A DNA stretch of 64,000 nucleotides from Eledone cirrhosa (lineage: Eukaryota), in NCBI GenBank assembly GCA_964016885.1, contig OZ024746.1, positions 67,394,001 through 67,458,000 of the forward strand, written 5' to 3'. The notes beneath the pieces were generated by a model. The model saw only the letters and a list, made by a program, of their open reading frames with translations, made no database searches and was not told the DNA's origin. This document shows, piece by piece, positions 42,182-59,132 of this stretch (position 1 is the first letter of the stretch; each line of letters opens with the position of its first letter). Position numbers and translations under genes: made by a program.

Positions 42182-42679
42182 ATGACGTGGGGGAAAAAAT
42201 GAAACTTTAATTTGAACACGGTGAGATTTGAACTTATAGCAAAAAGAGCTGTAAATATACACCAACAAACTATTTTGTCCAACACTTTACGAATTCTGAT
42301 ACCCATAGCTCTCAGATCAATAATTGTAGCAATAATTTTTGAAATGTCTCTGTGCAAAATATCTGTAATATGTGATGAAATATTTACATATTAGATTGAG
42401 GTGTTTTTGTATTCTAATTTAATTGTTTTTTTTTTTGTTTACGAGGGTTATCAAAATAATATTTATGAGTAGGATATAGCTTTTAAGTGAATGTTTTTTT
42501 TTCTTTTTTGTGTTGGTTATTGAACTAAAACCAAAAGTAGAAGATTGGCAATTGTATAACAATATTTTTTCTGTTTTAATCCAATGGAAATGTAAAAATC
42601 AATGAACAATTTCTAATAATCAAGATTGCATGAGTTGGCGTTCAAAGTAGATATAATGTAAAAATAATATATTATTGGG

Positions 42680-42711
<32 letters not shown>

Positions 42712-42904
42712 TTGTGTGTGTGTGTGTGCGTGTGTGTGTGTGTATGTGTCGAAGGAAAGGTGTCATTTTAGGAATGAGCCAGTTATAATGGATTGACGTG
42801 TATTTTACAAAATAACATGAAAATTAAGGAAAATAGTTTGGAATTATGTGTGCCCGCTTGTTTTGTGCATGCGTGTATGTGTGTAGATTTGTCTCTGCAT
42901 CATT

Positions 42905-42958
<54 letters not shown>

Positions 42959-45269
42959 TTGGGGAGGTTGTGTGTGTGTATGTATTGTATTTATATATCT
43001 ATATATGTATATAAACACTACATATATTTCGAAAATGGTACTTTACGAGGAAAGAATTGTTGTTTACATATATATACATTTTAAAGCTGTTTATATTGAA
43101 GTTGGTAAAATGGCAGGGAAATCCAGTGAGTGATTGACTGAATGTATATCAGCATCCCTCTACATTACACGTTAACACTATGAGGAATAATACTTTGTTT
43201 TTCATATTTGAATGTCTAAAAAAAACAGCTGTGTGTAAAACGTTGTTACAAATTCCCATATGCACACAGTAAACAATTGTCAATAATGTAATGATTTTTT
43301 CGACTAAAATAGTGTAGCAAATTGTTGCAAAGTTCCTTAATCCATTGTTTCTTATGATCAATAACAAAACATATCATTTTCATGTGGTGTATCGTGACTA
43401 TATCAGCCATCTTCAAGCTGCAGCTCAAAGTGAAGTTCGACTCAGCTATAAGAAGTTACAAACTATCTGTCAATTTTGCAATCCGACAGCTGCTTCAATG
43501 GACAAATGCACCTTCATTTCAGAGAGAGAGAGAGAGAGATTATTAGGATTTTCAGCTCAAAGGAGATATATATTCTTTAATTCTTTTACTGAAACTAGAC
43601 TGCTTAACTGCTTACGTTTCTATCTCTATGGCCCGTAACAAAAATGATAAAAGAAGCACCAGACTTGAAACAAAAAGTGCCGGAGCTTATTATAAGCGAA
43701 TAAATTCCCAGCATGGCTCAAGTAAACTAGTAAACGAACAACTAGAGTGCTTAAAATTATTTGTGACTAATCCCGGTATTTTTTTTTTTTAAACCGCGAT
43801 AATATTGCTTATTTTGCTGAACTCCTTACATTTTGTAGAGTTTTTTTCGGAATGTTTTTGACTGGTGTTTCTTGTAAATAGACATTCGTCTCATTCTGAC
43901 GTCACCAGCCATGTCTCTCCAGGTGTGTTTATTTTCATAATTACGCACGAGGTGAACTAGCCTGCTTTTAAATTCCCTTTTTGGCATATTCTAGCAGTCG
44001 TCTTAGGGTTATCGTATTTGAGCTCTACTGATGAAGGTGCCAACCGTGACCATCCCCACTGAAAGTTTTCGTGAAATAGTCTTTTTGTAGTTTTTTCAAA
44101 TTGAAGGATGAGTATTTAAATTTTATTTTATTCTGAGTTAAGACTCTATTGATTTTTCCCTGGATTTCACAAAATCTGTGGATAAATCTGTCTTGATTTT
44201 TTTTTTTTTTTTTAATTGAGTTTGAATTATTTTCCCACATCTTACGTTAATTATTTTTCCATTTTGACGTTATATACATTTATATATTATGAAATACTGT
44301 TGGCTTCATGCTCACAATAATTTCTATACTTTCATTTATATATATATATATATATATATATATCCAATATGTTGAAAAGGTAACACACATATTGTATTTT
44401 AAAGAGCTCAGGATTCCTTTTCCTTTGAGCACATTATTTACAGGGAATAACGAGAGTCTATGGCTCCGTTATTTTATCGTGATATATATATATATATATT
44501 TATACACACACACACACACACTTATATATATATTTCTGAAGACGGCATATATATGATATATATGTGTTGGTATGTATATTAAATTTGATAGTTTGTATAA
44601 TTTTGTATAATTTTGTACATAGATCTGTTGAATATGCATGCCAATTCTAACACATATATGTCCTAGAAACGATCGTTAAATAATGAACTTTTTTTGTTTA
44701 ATATAAGGAACTGTTTCATTGTTTTATTCATTATTTTTTTAATATTTTATATATATATATATATGTGTGTGTGTTTGCGTACAGAGAGAGAGGCGGGTAG
44801 ATAAAAATAAGCAACTGAATATGAATAAATCCTACGCTGAGACGTCAACAAACTTAGGTGAACGTTTTTCGTTCCGTCTATATAATTTGTCTGGAAACTA
44901 GGGGTATGCAGGCGAGATCCTTCTACACCAAAACCGTAAATGTTTTAAACATGCTGAATTGTTTACACTTAAAATTTTTCAAAATGACAATTAATTAATT
45001 CAGCGAGACAATCGATTTATATTTTGAAGCTGCTGAACTCCTCACACGCGATATCTCAATTTCTTTTCAGTTGCTGCGTACAATATCAAGTTTTCTATGA
45101 TACACAGTAGTTATTGATGGCATTTTCACTTGTATAATTTTTAATGCTATCTTATATATTTATATTTTTTTCATCTCCCTGCTCAACTTCGTAAGTAAAT
45201 ATCTGTTGCTATGTTTCATGCTATATCTTCTATCATTTTAGTGGAACTGTCTTCCAGAATATTGACTAC

Positions 45270-45467
45270 TAATTTAGACACAAGACCAGCAAATTTAGGG
45301 AAGGGGCAGAGTTGATTTAATTAAACCAGTACTTTATTTTATCGACTCTGGAAAGATGAAAAGGAAACGTTGACTCAGGAATTGAACTCAGAAGGTAAAG
45401 TGCCAGAACAACTGCTACAATAGCATTCTATCCAAGGCTCTACCAATGCTGTCAATCCACTGCCCTC
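45270..45467 (-). mobile_element. SINE family A
   Basis: TACTTTATTTTATCGAC...TTGAACTCAG...AATCCACTGCCC. Confidence 0.75.
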
Positions 45468-46272
45468 GTTGTGTCCCCTAATGAAACAGTTTATGCATGT
45501 GTATATCTTGATCTTCATATGTTCTGGCTGTCTATACATATGCAATATCACATACATCATCGCTATGAATATCAATTACTGATGTTTTACTATGACGCAA
45601 CTTAAATCTTCAGCTGCGACGCGGTCCGGTGAAAATAGCCTCCATGCAATACTGAAGATTACCTTAACTTAGGATAAAATTTTACCCACTATAGAAGCTG
45701 TTAAAATATACGCCGTCGGTGTAGTAAAAAGCCATATAAGTTGATACAACTTTCTGGTCTAGGCCGTAAGCTATCGCAACATATGATATTTCTTTAAAAC
45801 TAGACATATCTGATCAAATTGAAACTGCAGGTTCAATATGTCGTAATGTTAAACGTAGTCCTTTAAATCAGTAAAACATCTATATATCGAATTGGCCATT
45901 TACAATTTACGAACTATAATTAAAGTAGGTGAATATTTAAGAGCTAATTACACTAAGTGATTTTAATTTGAAATAATTTCCCTTTGAACATATTTTAGAA
46001 TTAATGCAACTTTCAATTTAATTATTTTATTTCGTATATATTGTTTAAAATATCAGCCAGAAGGTATTTGCTGTTCACAATACATTAATAAAAATACAAG
46101 AAACCACAAATGTTCGTTTTCCTAACATCTCTAAATAAAACAATTGCGTGTGGTAATGAATACATTGCAAATCATAAGCATTTAATAGAAATAAATATGA
46201 AAAATACAACGTGTTATATTAGATCTTTGAATACATCTTTTGTAGTTTCTTTTCAATAAAAAGCACACACAC

Positions 46273-46306
<34 letters not shown>

Positions 46307-49300
46307 TCATGTGTTCGTGTGTATATAAATATATAAAACTACTCGTAAATGATTGTGTTAAATGAAAAGTAAGTACGACAATAAGAATATTACCAAATAT
46401 TAGATCATTTCTTATTATTCCGTTTGACATATATTTTGAGTTTTAAATCAAAATCACATAACTGGTCTTTCTCTGTCAACGCAGCATGATGGAAACGGAA
46501 CAACTATCGTGTGATACATATAGTTCTAATCATCACAAGTAGGTGAAATCTGATCTAGTCAATAATGTACCGCACAATCGATTGTTTATTCATAGCATGG
46601 GATCCTGTCTAGTAGAACCCAAGCATTAGTATTTGAAATGCCTCTGTATTTTATTTTACTATTCTGTCAAAGAAAACCTCCAGTTCCCTTGACCCTATTA
46701 AGTGCATCTGATATTGATGGGAGGGATGTAAAAGGTATCCTGAAATCAGATACCTTATCCGAACGATTGCAAAAGGTTTTCTATGCGTTGTTGTTATCTT
46801 CTCACTTATCCCGTTTGCAATTCTGGATAAAGTACTTTATTCATCGACCTGGCATGATGAAAAGCAAAGTTTACTTCAATTGGATTTTGTCTCCGAGGAC
46901 ATAGAGCTAGTATAAATAACGCTCCATATTTTTCGGTTAGACGCATATTTCCATATTACCATATTCTATATTAATAAATTTGTTTAGCAAAATAAATTAT
47001 TTTATTATTATTTCATCATTTACACATTCAATATATATCTCTTAAGCAATATGTAGGGGGGTGGGGATTCGGTTAGTAGATACTCGTCATATATTGCTAA
47101 TTTCATTGAGTAAACCTGAATCAGGAGTAAGCTGATAATGAGACGCATTTGTGACCTACCTTAAAATTACGTTTCGTTCATTTCCTCTATATCATGAACA
47201 TTAGTTTTTGAAATGTTAGCAGTATGTCAAACCATCCATTCCACTTCCGCTGCAAAGAGTACATTTTCAACGTAGTCTAAAGAAATCAATATATTTTTTT
47301 GGAGCATGTTGTAATACTAACATTATTTTCTTTACACCCACCACACCGCTATATAATTTTCGATGTCCATCTATTATTTTATTTCAATACCACATTTCAG
47401 GACGATGAAAATGTCACTGTATCAAACTTCGTTATCACTTTAACATTCAAAAATATTTATGTCTAATATGAAGCTGTCCATAATTTTAGTTAAAAATGTT
47501 AGATGTAATTAGCCTTCGTTATGTATCACTGCATTCAACCTAATCGAGCACATGTATGCACAAATGTATTTGAGATATAATTATTCCCTCTTTTTCGGGC
47601 ATAGATTATACGTGACTGCGTTATTCAAAGTGCATAAGTCACATTTAGTTAGAGATATATCTAGAGTTGTTGAATAAGGATGACCTACAAGCTCCCTATA
47701 CACTCGTTAAGGTGCAGTGTGAAATTATTCCTATGAACGTATTTTCTCGTTTTCAGTCAGTGTAGAGATAGATCGTTTTATTTAGACTGCATCAGAGAGA
47801 AGAATTAATCGATGCTACAATTGTTATGACACTAGCGAATCCCAAGTTCACATCTTAGGTAACAGGACTGAGTTAATGTAAAGCAGTTCTTTCCAGGCTT
47901 CACACTTTACATGGGGAAATAGTTAATTCAAACGATACCAGTATGGAAAGAAAAGAAAATATGTGTACGACTATAAACAGTTTAATCGGCTCAGTGCTTA
48001 ACTTCAGTGGAATGATCGTAAATACTTCAAAGAAGTTGCTCGAAAATTCCTTCTCCCTCCCACTGACACAACTACAACGATATTATCATAACACAATCTA
48101 ATAAATAAATGTTAATTACCATCCGTGAACTTGATTGTGTATCTTCATGTACAATTTATATTGTTTGTCAGGGAGAAAAACGAAGGAGGTGATGATCAGA
48201 ATGTTGGCTGCTATGCAATTTGACTATGAAAGGTGTAATATTTTGCTAATTAAATACTAAAGCTTTACAAATTACATAGTGAAACGGTAAAGACTTCATT
48301 TAATATCTTGTTTTTGTTTTTTCAAAATGTCATTGGAGCCATATCGATATACGGCACGTATCGTTATTTGAACAAAATATTCACTTTCTCTCAAATAGCA
48401 ATAGAGGGGTACATATCCATTGCCTTCTAATCTACAATCTCTAATTTAACAAGTGGGCTTTAGGTTATTCACGCTACACATTTTCAATTTCACTCGGCAA
48501 TTGTAATGACCAAATCAATTACACTAATAGTAATCTTTCATAAAAGTCAAGGACGGGAACAATCAAGAACAAAGAACTTTAATAGTACATCATTCACGTA
48601 TACAGGAAATACAGATCTAATCAGTCAGTTTTATTGTATGAGGCAGGCCAAAAGACGAAAGAAGAGAAGTTTAGCGCCTGATATTAGCTTATCATTATAT
48701 GTTTATCTATTATATAGTATTAAGTTGTTCTTAAAACTTATAATTATATTACATAAAATCATGTATCTCTCACTTCGTGCTTCTGTGAAAATAATACGCA
48801 CTTTATGACTGCTTTCATTCACAGGGAAATTTTAATCTTCTTGTATTTGATTTATAACCTGTTCGATAATGTTAAATGTCTATGTAGTAAATGTATGAGG
48901 ATCTATTTGGAGCATAGTAAAATTAGATTACAAGACAACTAAGTTACAAAACTTTGGTGAGTTTCAAACATAGAACATGTTATTAAAGAGATCCAAACTA
49001 AACTATTATTATACACTTTCAAACAGCTTTCCCTTCTATATCTAAATATCCTAATATATGTATATGTACATATATGTAGGTAGGTTGATATGTGAGTTTG
49101 TGTGTATATTAGAATGTGTTTAATATACAATAGTATTTAAAACATTCCAATATCAACTGATTGAGCATACATATATATAAACAAAGAATAAGAGCGAGAG
49201 AGAGAGAAATCGAGAGATAAAAATTGAGGTAAAGTATATAAAAAAAAATCTGATATATTTGTATGCGGGCAAAGCAAATATTTTTATATTTGTTCATCAA

Positions 49301-49607
49301 ATACATTTGAATTTTATCAAATATTTTCATCGGTTTCAATTGTTTTTTTAATCTTATAAAAATAATTTCATCAAATTCAGTTCTTATATTATGAGTCTTT
49401 TCAAAGAATAATGATTTTTTACACAAATGAACACACACAAACGCGCACATACACAGAGAAGCACATACACAGAGAAGCACAGACACACACACAAACGCGC
49501 ACATACACAGAGAAGCACAGACACACACACATATATATATATGTGTGTGTGTGTGCGTGTGTGTGTGTGTACATATATATAAAAATTATTTACATTTATA
49601 TAACTGA

Positions 49608-49646
<39 letters not shown>

Positions 49647-50299
49647 CATCTGTCTGTCTGTATACATATCAAAAATAGGGTGCATGTAGAAGGTAGAGAG
49701 AGCTTAGGAGAGGTAGAACATGTACTTTAAACAGAAATAGCGTCAACAGAAATTGAAAGATATTTATCTTTATATTTCTATAGTAAGTAATTTTGTGGTG
49801 TGTGGTACTACAATACGATTGATACATGAAATGTCAATGTTTACCTACGCCTTCACGTATTCATTCACCTACATTCACACACACAAAGATATATATGGAC
49901 ACTAGTATATATGTACTCAGTTACATATCGTGATATACATCCACTTTGTTATTCATACACACTCATATAAATATAGATGTAGACACAGAATAATATAATA
50001 TTCATTAAAATTCACATATACGTACATACACATATATACACGTGCTTTCTGTCTAAAATGAAATAATAAATACTGCTTCTTCATCTCCCCACACTCGTCT
50101 ATCTTTTTACGTCCTCTATTATCTCTCATTCTATATGTTGGTGAAGGATTAACATTTGAAATTTTAGGACTCTTTTCCAACTATATCATAGTGCTTGCTA
50201 TATCGTATTCCAATGTTGCTTATCCGTATATTTTCGCATAAACGCTCAAACTGGAGTAAACTCTCTCGGGCGGAACTCAACACCCTTCGTTCTCTCCGA

Positions 50300-50567
50300 A
50301 GACGCGATTAAATTACGATGGATAAAGGGGTGCCGTGGTTGTGCGTCACACCGAATTCTACACGGCTGAAGCTCTACGGCAGCTTCGTGACCCCATCGCC
50401 TTACCTCCGATTCCCACGCCTCAATACCACAAGTATCTTCCACCGTACAACAACTTGTCACCTCCCCCTCCTACTCCAGCCATCACCAACCTCATCGTCG
50501 GCATACCACGCACCCCAACCATCTATTTCCTTCCCAATATCCACAAACCTGATACCCCTGGCCATGC
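50300..50567 (+). pseudogene. Penelope-like reverse transcriptase N-terminal remnant
   Basis: DKG/AVVV...Y.AEALRQL...NLIV..PRTPTIYFLPNIHKPDTPG matches PLE DKGGAVVV...YLLPKIHK...PGRP; frameshifted. Confidence 0.75.
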
Positions 50568-50902
50568 ATGAATGAAAAGTAAGTATATGTATAGAGAGAG
50601 GGAGAGCAGGAGAGAAAGATTGGCATGGGATAGACATATGAATATATGAATGTCTGTTAATATATGTATATAACTATATAAGGTAATATACATGTATGTA
50701 TATATAAATACGGACATACACGAACACACACACACGTGCATGCTCACATTAAGTTGCAAAAGATATGCATGCAAGCTCCGATAATGGAAATTGCTGTCCT
50801 GTCCATAAAAGAATTATGAAACGTAAAGTAATTTTGAAGGCGTACGACTAATTACCATGTATCAAAACATATATATATATATAATACATTGATGCTTATA
50901 TA

Positions 50903-50967
<65 letters not shown>

Positions 50968-51044
50968 CATTGATACTTATATATATTTATATATATATAT
51001 ATATAATACATTGATGCTTATATATATATATATATATATATATA

Positions 51045-51843
51045 CCTCTCGTCTAAGATTTCACCGAACTTAAGTTCATAGATATCACGGACTTGTTTCT
51101 CCTTTTCCTATCTTTCCGTTGCATTACCATCTCCGTTTGTTTACATGTCTCGCTCGCTTCACCCTAATTTACGTGTCCCAATAACTTTTTTTTAGTTATT
51201 GCTCGCACCAACCAGAGGTATAGCCAGTCACTCTCTCTCTCAGCTGCCCTCTTCCTCGCCCTTTCACACACTCACTCTCTGCTTCTCCCCTTCTCTCACT
51301 TCCTCCCGTTTGACCTGTGTGAAATCTTTTTCTCGCTCACATCTCGCCCAGATCGGATGGTCTTTACCTCTCGTTTATGATTTCACCGAACTTAAGTTCA
51401 TAGATATCACGGCCTTGTTTCTCCTCTTCCTCTCTTTCCGTTGCATTACCATCTATGTTTGTTTACATGTCTCGCTCGCTTCACCCTATTTTACGTGTCC
51501 CAATAACTTTCTTTAGTTATTGCTCGCACCAACCAGAGGTATATGATCTTTAAAGCGAAGAAATACCAATGAAGGTTGGAAGATCACTGATGAAGGACTA
51601 GTTTTATTCATAAGTAACCCATGTGCAACTACGCAGCACGCTATTTTTCATATATTTATATTTTTTCCTCCGCTGCGACCTGTCTGTTTCTTTCTTACTG
51701 CTTCCCCTTTCTCTGTATCTCTCACCTTCTTTTTACCCCCTCTGCCGGTCGCTCTCTCTCTCTCTCTCTCTCTCTCTCGGCTGGCCTCTTCCTCACACTT
51801 TCACTCAATCGCTCTATGCTTCTCCCCGAGCACGCCATTTTTC
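51045..51843 (+). mobile_element. Family R permuted tandem element in (TA)n
   Basis: 51045-51220 repeats 51367-51541; 51222-51290 recurs at ~51743; CACTGATGAAGGAC at 51585. Confidence 0.7.
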
Positions 51844-54800
51844 TATATATATATAATACATTAATGCTTAGATGGAAGAAATAAGTGTAGCCTAGCAATG
51901 TAACATTCATTATTGTGGCAATGTTATATGAAGGATATCACATAATGACCAATGAACCCTACATGTTAATAAATGTTATGTATCTAATTTGTGTTGCCTT
52001 GCATTGCATTTTAATACCTGAACTTATAGGAACCTACAAAGGCGTTTCGGATAGAAATATCAGGCAAATTATCTTCCATACAATGGTGTTTTGGGACCGG
52101 CTGGAATAACTTTGAAAATAGGGCTGATTTCTCATAGTTGGTCATTCGTCTAACTACCGTCAAGTGGGAATATATTATATGGATTCGAACTAGATATTTT
52201 GAAACCAAACTAAATAACGTTTAAGCGTGTAATCACGCAATGAACCACTGAACTTGAAACACAGCCAAGATAATAGTTGCTTCACTAATTACTATCAATT
52301 GAAACATTACTGAAGGCAAAGAAAAGCAGTAATCGTAAACAGAAGCCAAACAACATCTCAGCTACTTAAAAAATCAGCAGCTCAACATTTCCATGATGTA
52401 GGAGCATTTAACCATAACAAGTAGTGTATTTCTAATCGCACGTTAGCAGAAATCCGGATCGACGATTAATAAATGTACAAACTTTGTGATAACAAATTAA
52501 GAGAACCAATGGCAGATTTATAAAAACCGCAAATAATTAAACAAATAACAGATTCTTGAAAATTTATAATGACGAGCTTGGGAAAACAAATAGATTAGAG
52601 AAGCGAGTGAGATGGGTATATCGTTATAATTTCAATAATCTGCAACTCAGTACATTAGTGAACCATGTTAGATAATGCATGCAATATTTGTATAATATGA
52701 AATATTGCTTTAATTATTTGTATTAGAAAATGAGAAATAACAAAAATGCCAATTATGATTGTAATAGAGAATAAAAAATGCATTCATGAAACATAGCCAG
52801 GATGATTTCATAATAACGTTACACGAAAGGAAAGATGATGGATTACCATAATTCATGTAGTATTTATCAAAAGGTCTTATAGTATTCGGTTATGACACTT
52901 TGTGTACTGAGTTCGAACATCGCTTATGCTGAGTGCCTTCTATTTTTCTGGAAACGATAAAATATGAACTAGTCAAGTACAATATCCTCTATAAACAAAC
53001 TGACAGAGGAAGACTTGGATGTTACCTACATTATCATATATATCGAAGAATAAATGAAATTTGCCGTAACTAGGTATATATTTCGAAAACAGAAATATAT
53101 CTAAAATGTATTCAATTATAATTGAAGATCAATTGGGTTAACTATGTTAACAATTGTTTATTACGATTACCCTATCTGGTACGTTATAAAATAGAATCGT
53201 AAAACGCATCTAGACAACAATAGCAATGAGACACAGAAAACATTAACATACGCCAACGTAAGTCTAAAATAATATACCAACTGAGAATTCTCTTACTTGT
53301 GGCGTAACAAATAACCTCACACAAAGAAACAACAGCCGTAGTAACAACACACATAATGGCAAATATAAGCAGAACATAGACATTTAAGTAACAAAACAAG
53401 TTAAACAAAAATCACACATCAAACGTTATGTAAATTTAAGACTGTTTCCCAAAGGCAAAGTATATGTCAGGAATATCTATTGTTGTGTTGATGGTTATTA
53501 CTACTGTTCATGTTCTGGCTTTAACTCAGTTTTGTAGCTTTTACTCCCCTTTAATCAATGTTATAACCGAGTTTGTCTATACAGTTAAGTTTAAATTCTA
53601 TACATTATAAGTGAGCAAAAATGAACATACTGGTAAGAACATTTTCGAACTTTATGTTTCTCCCATATATTTTATAGCATAATGAATAAAAAAAGAAGAT
53701 AGAAATCAATGAATTGTTTGGCATTGTGTTAACACTTGAAACTAAGTCATCGAAATTGACTTCAGTTGCTGCTTTTGGAATGTTTGAAGCTGTTTCTTTA
53801 TAGACATTTTATTTTACTTTGGCATATGCAGTAATATTATGCTTTTGTGTTGCTTTGGTCGGCTCTAAAATTTCTTTAACTGCCGGTCTTTTTTTTTAAA
53901 TTGTTTTGGCGATATTTTCGGTTTACATTGGCTCTTTTAGATACTAACTATATATTTTAGTAGTCATACAGCAATAAACTTTGCCGAAATTTGCATTTTA
54001 AACACTCACGCATTTAGGAACATTTGTACAGTGTTAGGTGATCCTCTATTTTAGAAAAGTATCTGGCGCTTTACACTGAACTCATGAAATATCTTCGTAC
54101 TTTAAATGAAGTAACTGATCGGAGCTCCGTCATTATTTCGTTCTACCTTCTACACCTGTTAGTCAATATGATTCAACCAATTTTTCAGAATTCCCTTACG
54201 CAGGCCAGCTCAAAACAAAAATGACTGTGTCAGCTTCTAGATGTTTTGTCTATTTTGCTCCATATTCCATGCAGCATACACTCAATTAAATGATCCCAAG
54301 GCGTCTTTTTTTTAATTATCGTCACGATCATGTATGCCGAATGACCAATTCTGAAACCTTCGATATTGCAAATCAAACTTAATTCGGTGAGTGGGGATGG
54401 AGTTTTCTCTGTTAATATCTTCAAGCAATATACTGCAGAGCTAGCTAATTCCATATGCACCAAACTCTTAATCATGTGCCCACAGCTACGCTTTCAATAC
54501 CTCGAAAGTGGTTTTGTTTTGTTTTTCTGTGTTTTTTTTTTGTTTGTTTTTTTTTGTTGGAGGGCAAATGAAGGAAGGCAGCAGTAATGATCTTTGCAGA
54601 GTCACATTGACAAGAGAAACTAAAGACGAAACCATATCTCACGAAGACAGGATATTGTAATAACATAACGATTTGTTATATAGAAACCTATATAATGCAT
54701 TGTGTTAGGTTGTTACAATAAATAACAATAACGTTTAGCTCGGTTTCGAGGAAAGTGAGAATATAATGTGAATAGAAAATGTCAGAGGTCTCAATTGCAG

Positions 54801-54942
54801 AGAAATATACACGGGCCGTAGTTGAACTGAGCATCTAAATCTCAATACGCAGCTTTTATCGCAATACATAATTTAAATTTGTTTTCATTGTGTAACGTAC
54901 TAAAGCTTACTGTGCATGTGTCATGTAATGCAGTGAAATAAC

Positions 54943-55352
54943 AATTGTTTCTACATTTGGCACAAGGCCAGCAATTGCCCAGTACATTACTGGTACTATA
55001 TTTTATCGACCCCATAAGGATGAAAGGCAAAGTTAACCTCGGCGGGATTTGAACTCAGATCGTAAAGGGATCTAACTATGCTGGAAAGCATGGCGTCCGA
55101 CTCTCTACATATACTGCCAATCCACTGCCCTTGCAGTGAAGTAACAATGGTTTCTTATATAGGCACAAGGCCAGTAATTTGGGGAGATGGGAAAGTCGAT
55201 TAAATAGACCCCAGTGTGTGACTGGTACTTTATTTTATCGACCACATAAGGATGAAAGGCAAAGTTAACCTCGGCGGAATTTGAACTCAGATCGTAAAGG
55301 GACGTAACTATGCTGGAAAGCATGGCGTCCGACCCTCTACCGATACTGCCAA
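54943..55352 (-). mobile_element. Two adjacent SINE family A copies (54943-55130 short, 55146-55352 long)
   Basis: Near-consensus; TGCAGTGAA(A/G)TAACAAT direct repeat around the first copy. Confidence 0.9.
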
Positions 55353-56084
55353 AATGTAAGTTAAACTATGTTGGTAGGAATGATTTCAATACTCGCGTTC
55401 CTATACCTATGTATAGAGAAGATACTGAGCAAAGCCAAAGGAAATTCAAATGAAGTGAATTAAAATTTAGTAAAAATCAGCCTTTAAATTTGTTTCCTTG
55501 TACTAGTTCAAAGTTTGATTCAATCAATGTACATTTGTATTGTTACGGAGATGAAATATGTACAAGTTAATTCTTACTTTTTGGTAGACCTTATCTCAGC
55601 ATTTATTTAGCAGACAGCTGATCAAAGTCATCTGAGCCATGCCCATATCACCTTTTTAAAGCCTAATACATCTTTACTGACAATCTATGAAGTCAAAGCA
55701 AAAGTTACGCTAAACTATTACTTCTACTGGTGGTACAGTGTTGCATCTTGTACACACGTGAATAGACTTGACAAAGGCTCGTTTCATCATCGTATGACTG
55801 TAGTAACATCATAATCAGTTGTGATCCCGGAGTCAGATGATGAAATTTGGCCATTCGCAAGATACGAACCCCTGGGTGAACTAGGGAAATCAGAACGCAA
55901 TGACGCTGAACAGATACCACTATACCACAAAGCATATCGCCTGTGACACTCATAATTCAGCCAATGCAGCTACTTGTATTGGTTAGTTATTTATGAAACC
56001 CTGAAACATTTACAACACCAGAATTTGAACTCATCAACATATTATAAATAATTCAGTAGGAATACTTATTCTGCACGGCTACGT

Positions 56085-57171
<1,087 letters not shown>

Positions 57172-57804
57172 GTGTGTATTTGTGCGTGTGTGTGTATCTA
57201 TGTCTGCGTGAATGAACGATTGTCTGTCTCTCTGTGTAATTGTGTGTGCGTGTATGGTTTACAACCTTTTGTAGAATTTTAAGATAATAAGTTTCGGCGT
57301 ATGATATTTTACCAGAATTATCACACGAACATAAAGCAAGGTAATGAAGTAAGATTTACGAGTTCACTCAACATGCGGCAAATAGTAGCCACATTTCTCA
57401 CATATCAAACACTATCGTCGTACAAACAAAGGTCCGTTTGATAATGTACACGTAGGAAACTAGGGACAATACAGTGGGCTCAGTGTGAGATAAATCAGCT
57501 GTTTGTAAAAAGCAACAAATGCAAATATATACGACCAGCAGAAATATATGTTACACAGCGCAAACGATCGATATACATTTAGAATATAAACAGACATTCT
57601 AAGTATAATTAAAGAAAATATTTACATCAATGAATGTTCAGTTTTAAAATAATTATATAAAAGGTAAAATCGCTAAACTCAAATAAAAGGTTTGTAGAAA
57701 AGTTTCTTTTTAAATCCGTTATCATGAAGTATTTCAACTTGTGTGAAAGAACAGCTGCAATATATATAAACATATAGAAATATATATACACTCATACATA
57801 CATG

Positions 57805-57909
<105 letters not shown>

Positions 57910-57922
57910 GTACATATATATG

Positions 57923-58114
57923 CAAAAGTTCTATTTTAATTGTTGGGATACAACAAGCAAATATTTTTATAACTGATATAAAGCACTCGACAAGTATTTG
58001 GAGTAAATATACGGTATTAACAAATGGAAACTATATTTAACATGGTATCCTTGAAATATGTATAATAAAATAGATATGGTTTTATAAATATAGTTTCCAT
58101 TTGTTAATATCGTA
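57923..58114. mobile_element. Family H1 (diverged subfamily) inverted element, partial
   Basis: Long end on the left, short end ...TTAATATCGTA on the right. Confidence 0.7.
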
Positions 58115-58163
58115 TGTACATATATATATATATGTATATATATATATGTATATATATATATAT

Positions 58164-58201
<38 letters not shown>

Positions 58202-58202
58202 A

Positions 58203-58503
58203 ATGTAGAAGTTCTATTTAAATTGTTGGGATACAACAAGCAAATATTTTTATAACTGATATAAAGCACTCAACAAATTATTGGAGTAAAAATACGATAT
58301 ATTAACACATGGAAACGATATTTATAAAACCATATTTATTTCATTATACATATTTCAAGGACACCAAGTTAAATTATGGTGTGCTTTCATCAGATAACAT
58401 ATAATATAGATCAGTTTTATAAATAAATATTGACATACCCTTAAAGAATGCGACCATTTCTGTTGGAAGCTCCCGGATAGTTTCCATTTGTTAATATATC
58501 GTA
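58203..58503. mobile_element. Family H1 (diverged subfamily) inverted element
   Basis: Long end on the left, short end on the right; TA flanks. Confidence 0.75.
58340..58397 (-). ncRNA. Type I hammerhead ribozyme (H1 subfamily)
   Basis: ttat-CTGATGA-aagcacacca...tggtgtcctt-GAAA-tatgta-TA-atga. Confidence 0.75.
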
Positions 58504-58979
58504 TATATATATATATATGTATGTATATGTATATATGTGTATGTAAATGTATATATATATGTGTGTGTGTGTGTGCGTGCGTGCGGGTGTGTGTGTGCTA
58601 GTATGTGTTTGTGTGTATATATATATAAATATATACATACATACTCACCAAAACACAGGCACACATACATATTTCGTTTTTGAATTCGTTTTGCAATATA
58701 AGATGTAAAATCATGTGTTCAAACACGCACCAGGTGAGTTTCATCTTGGCTTTATTATTTGACAGGTAACTAACTAATTCGTTGGTTAGTTTACTAATAG
58801 AATTGTTATTCAATCATCAAAGCTCTTTCGTCACACATCCTGTGAATTTCTCCTTGAATATAATTGCCACATTATGTCTCGTCTTTGTTTTGGTATAATT
58901 ATATTATTTACTCCAAGATGTTTATGCTTCCATATACGTCTCTCTATATCTTTCTATATCTATCTATCTATCACTCTTT

Positions 58980-59044
<65 letters not shown>

Positions 59045-59132
59045 CGTAGGTCCCGAGTTGAGTCGGGGATAACCACAGTAAATAAGGTACTCAATACATG
59101 GCAGAGTAAATTTTTTTTTATTTTATAGAAGG

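Noticed and set aside
44027-44070. CTGATGA...GAAA spacing
   Set aside because: No convincing stem II, stem III or NUH.
44536-44570. CTGAAGA followed by a hairpin
   Set aside because: No GAAA half; at most a truncated remnant.
54230-54475. 81-aa ORF in a unique-looking region
   Set aside because: No motif recognised.
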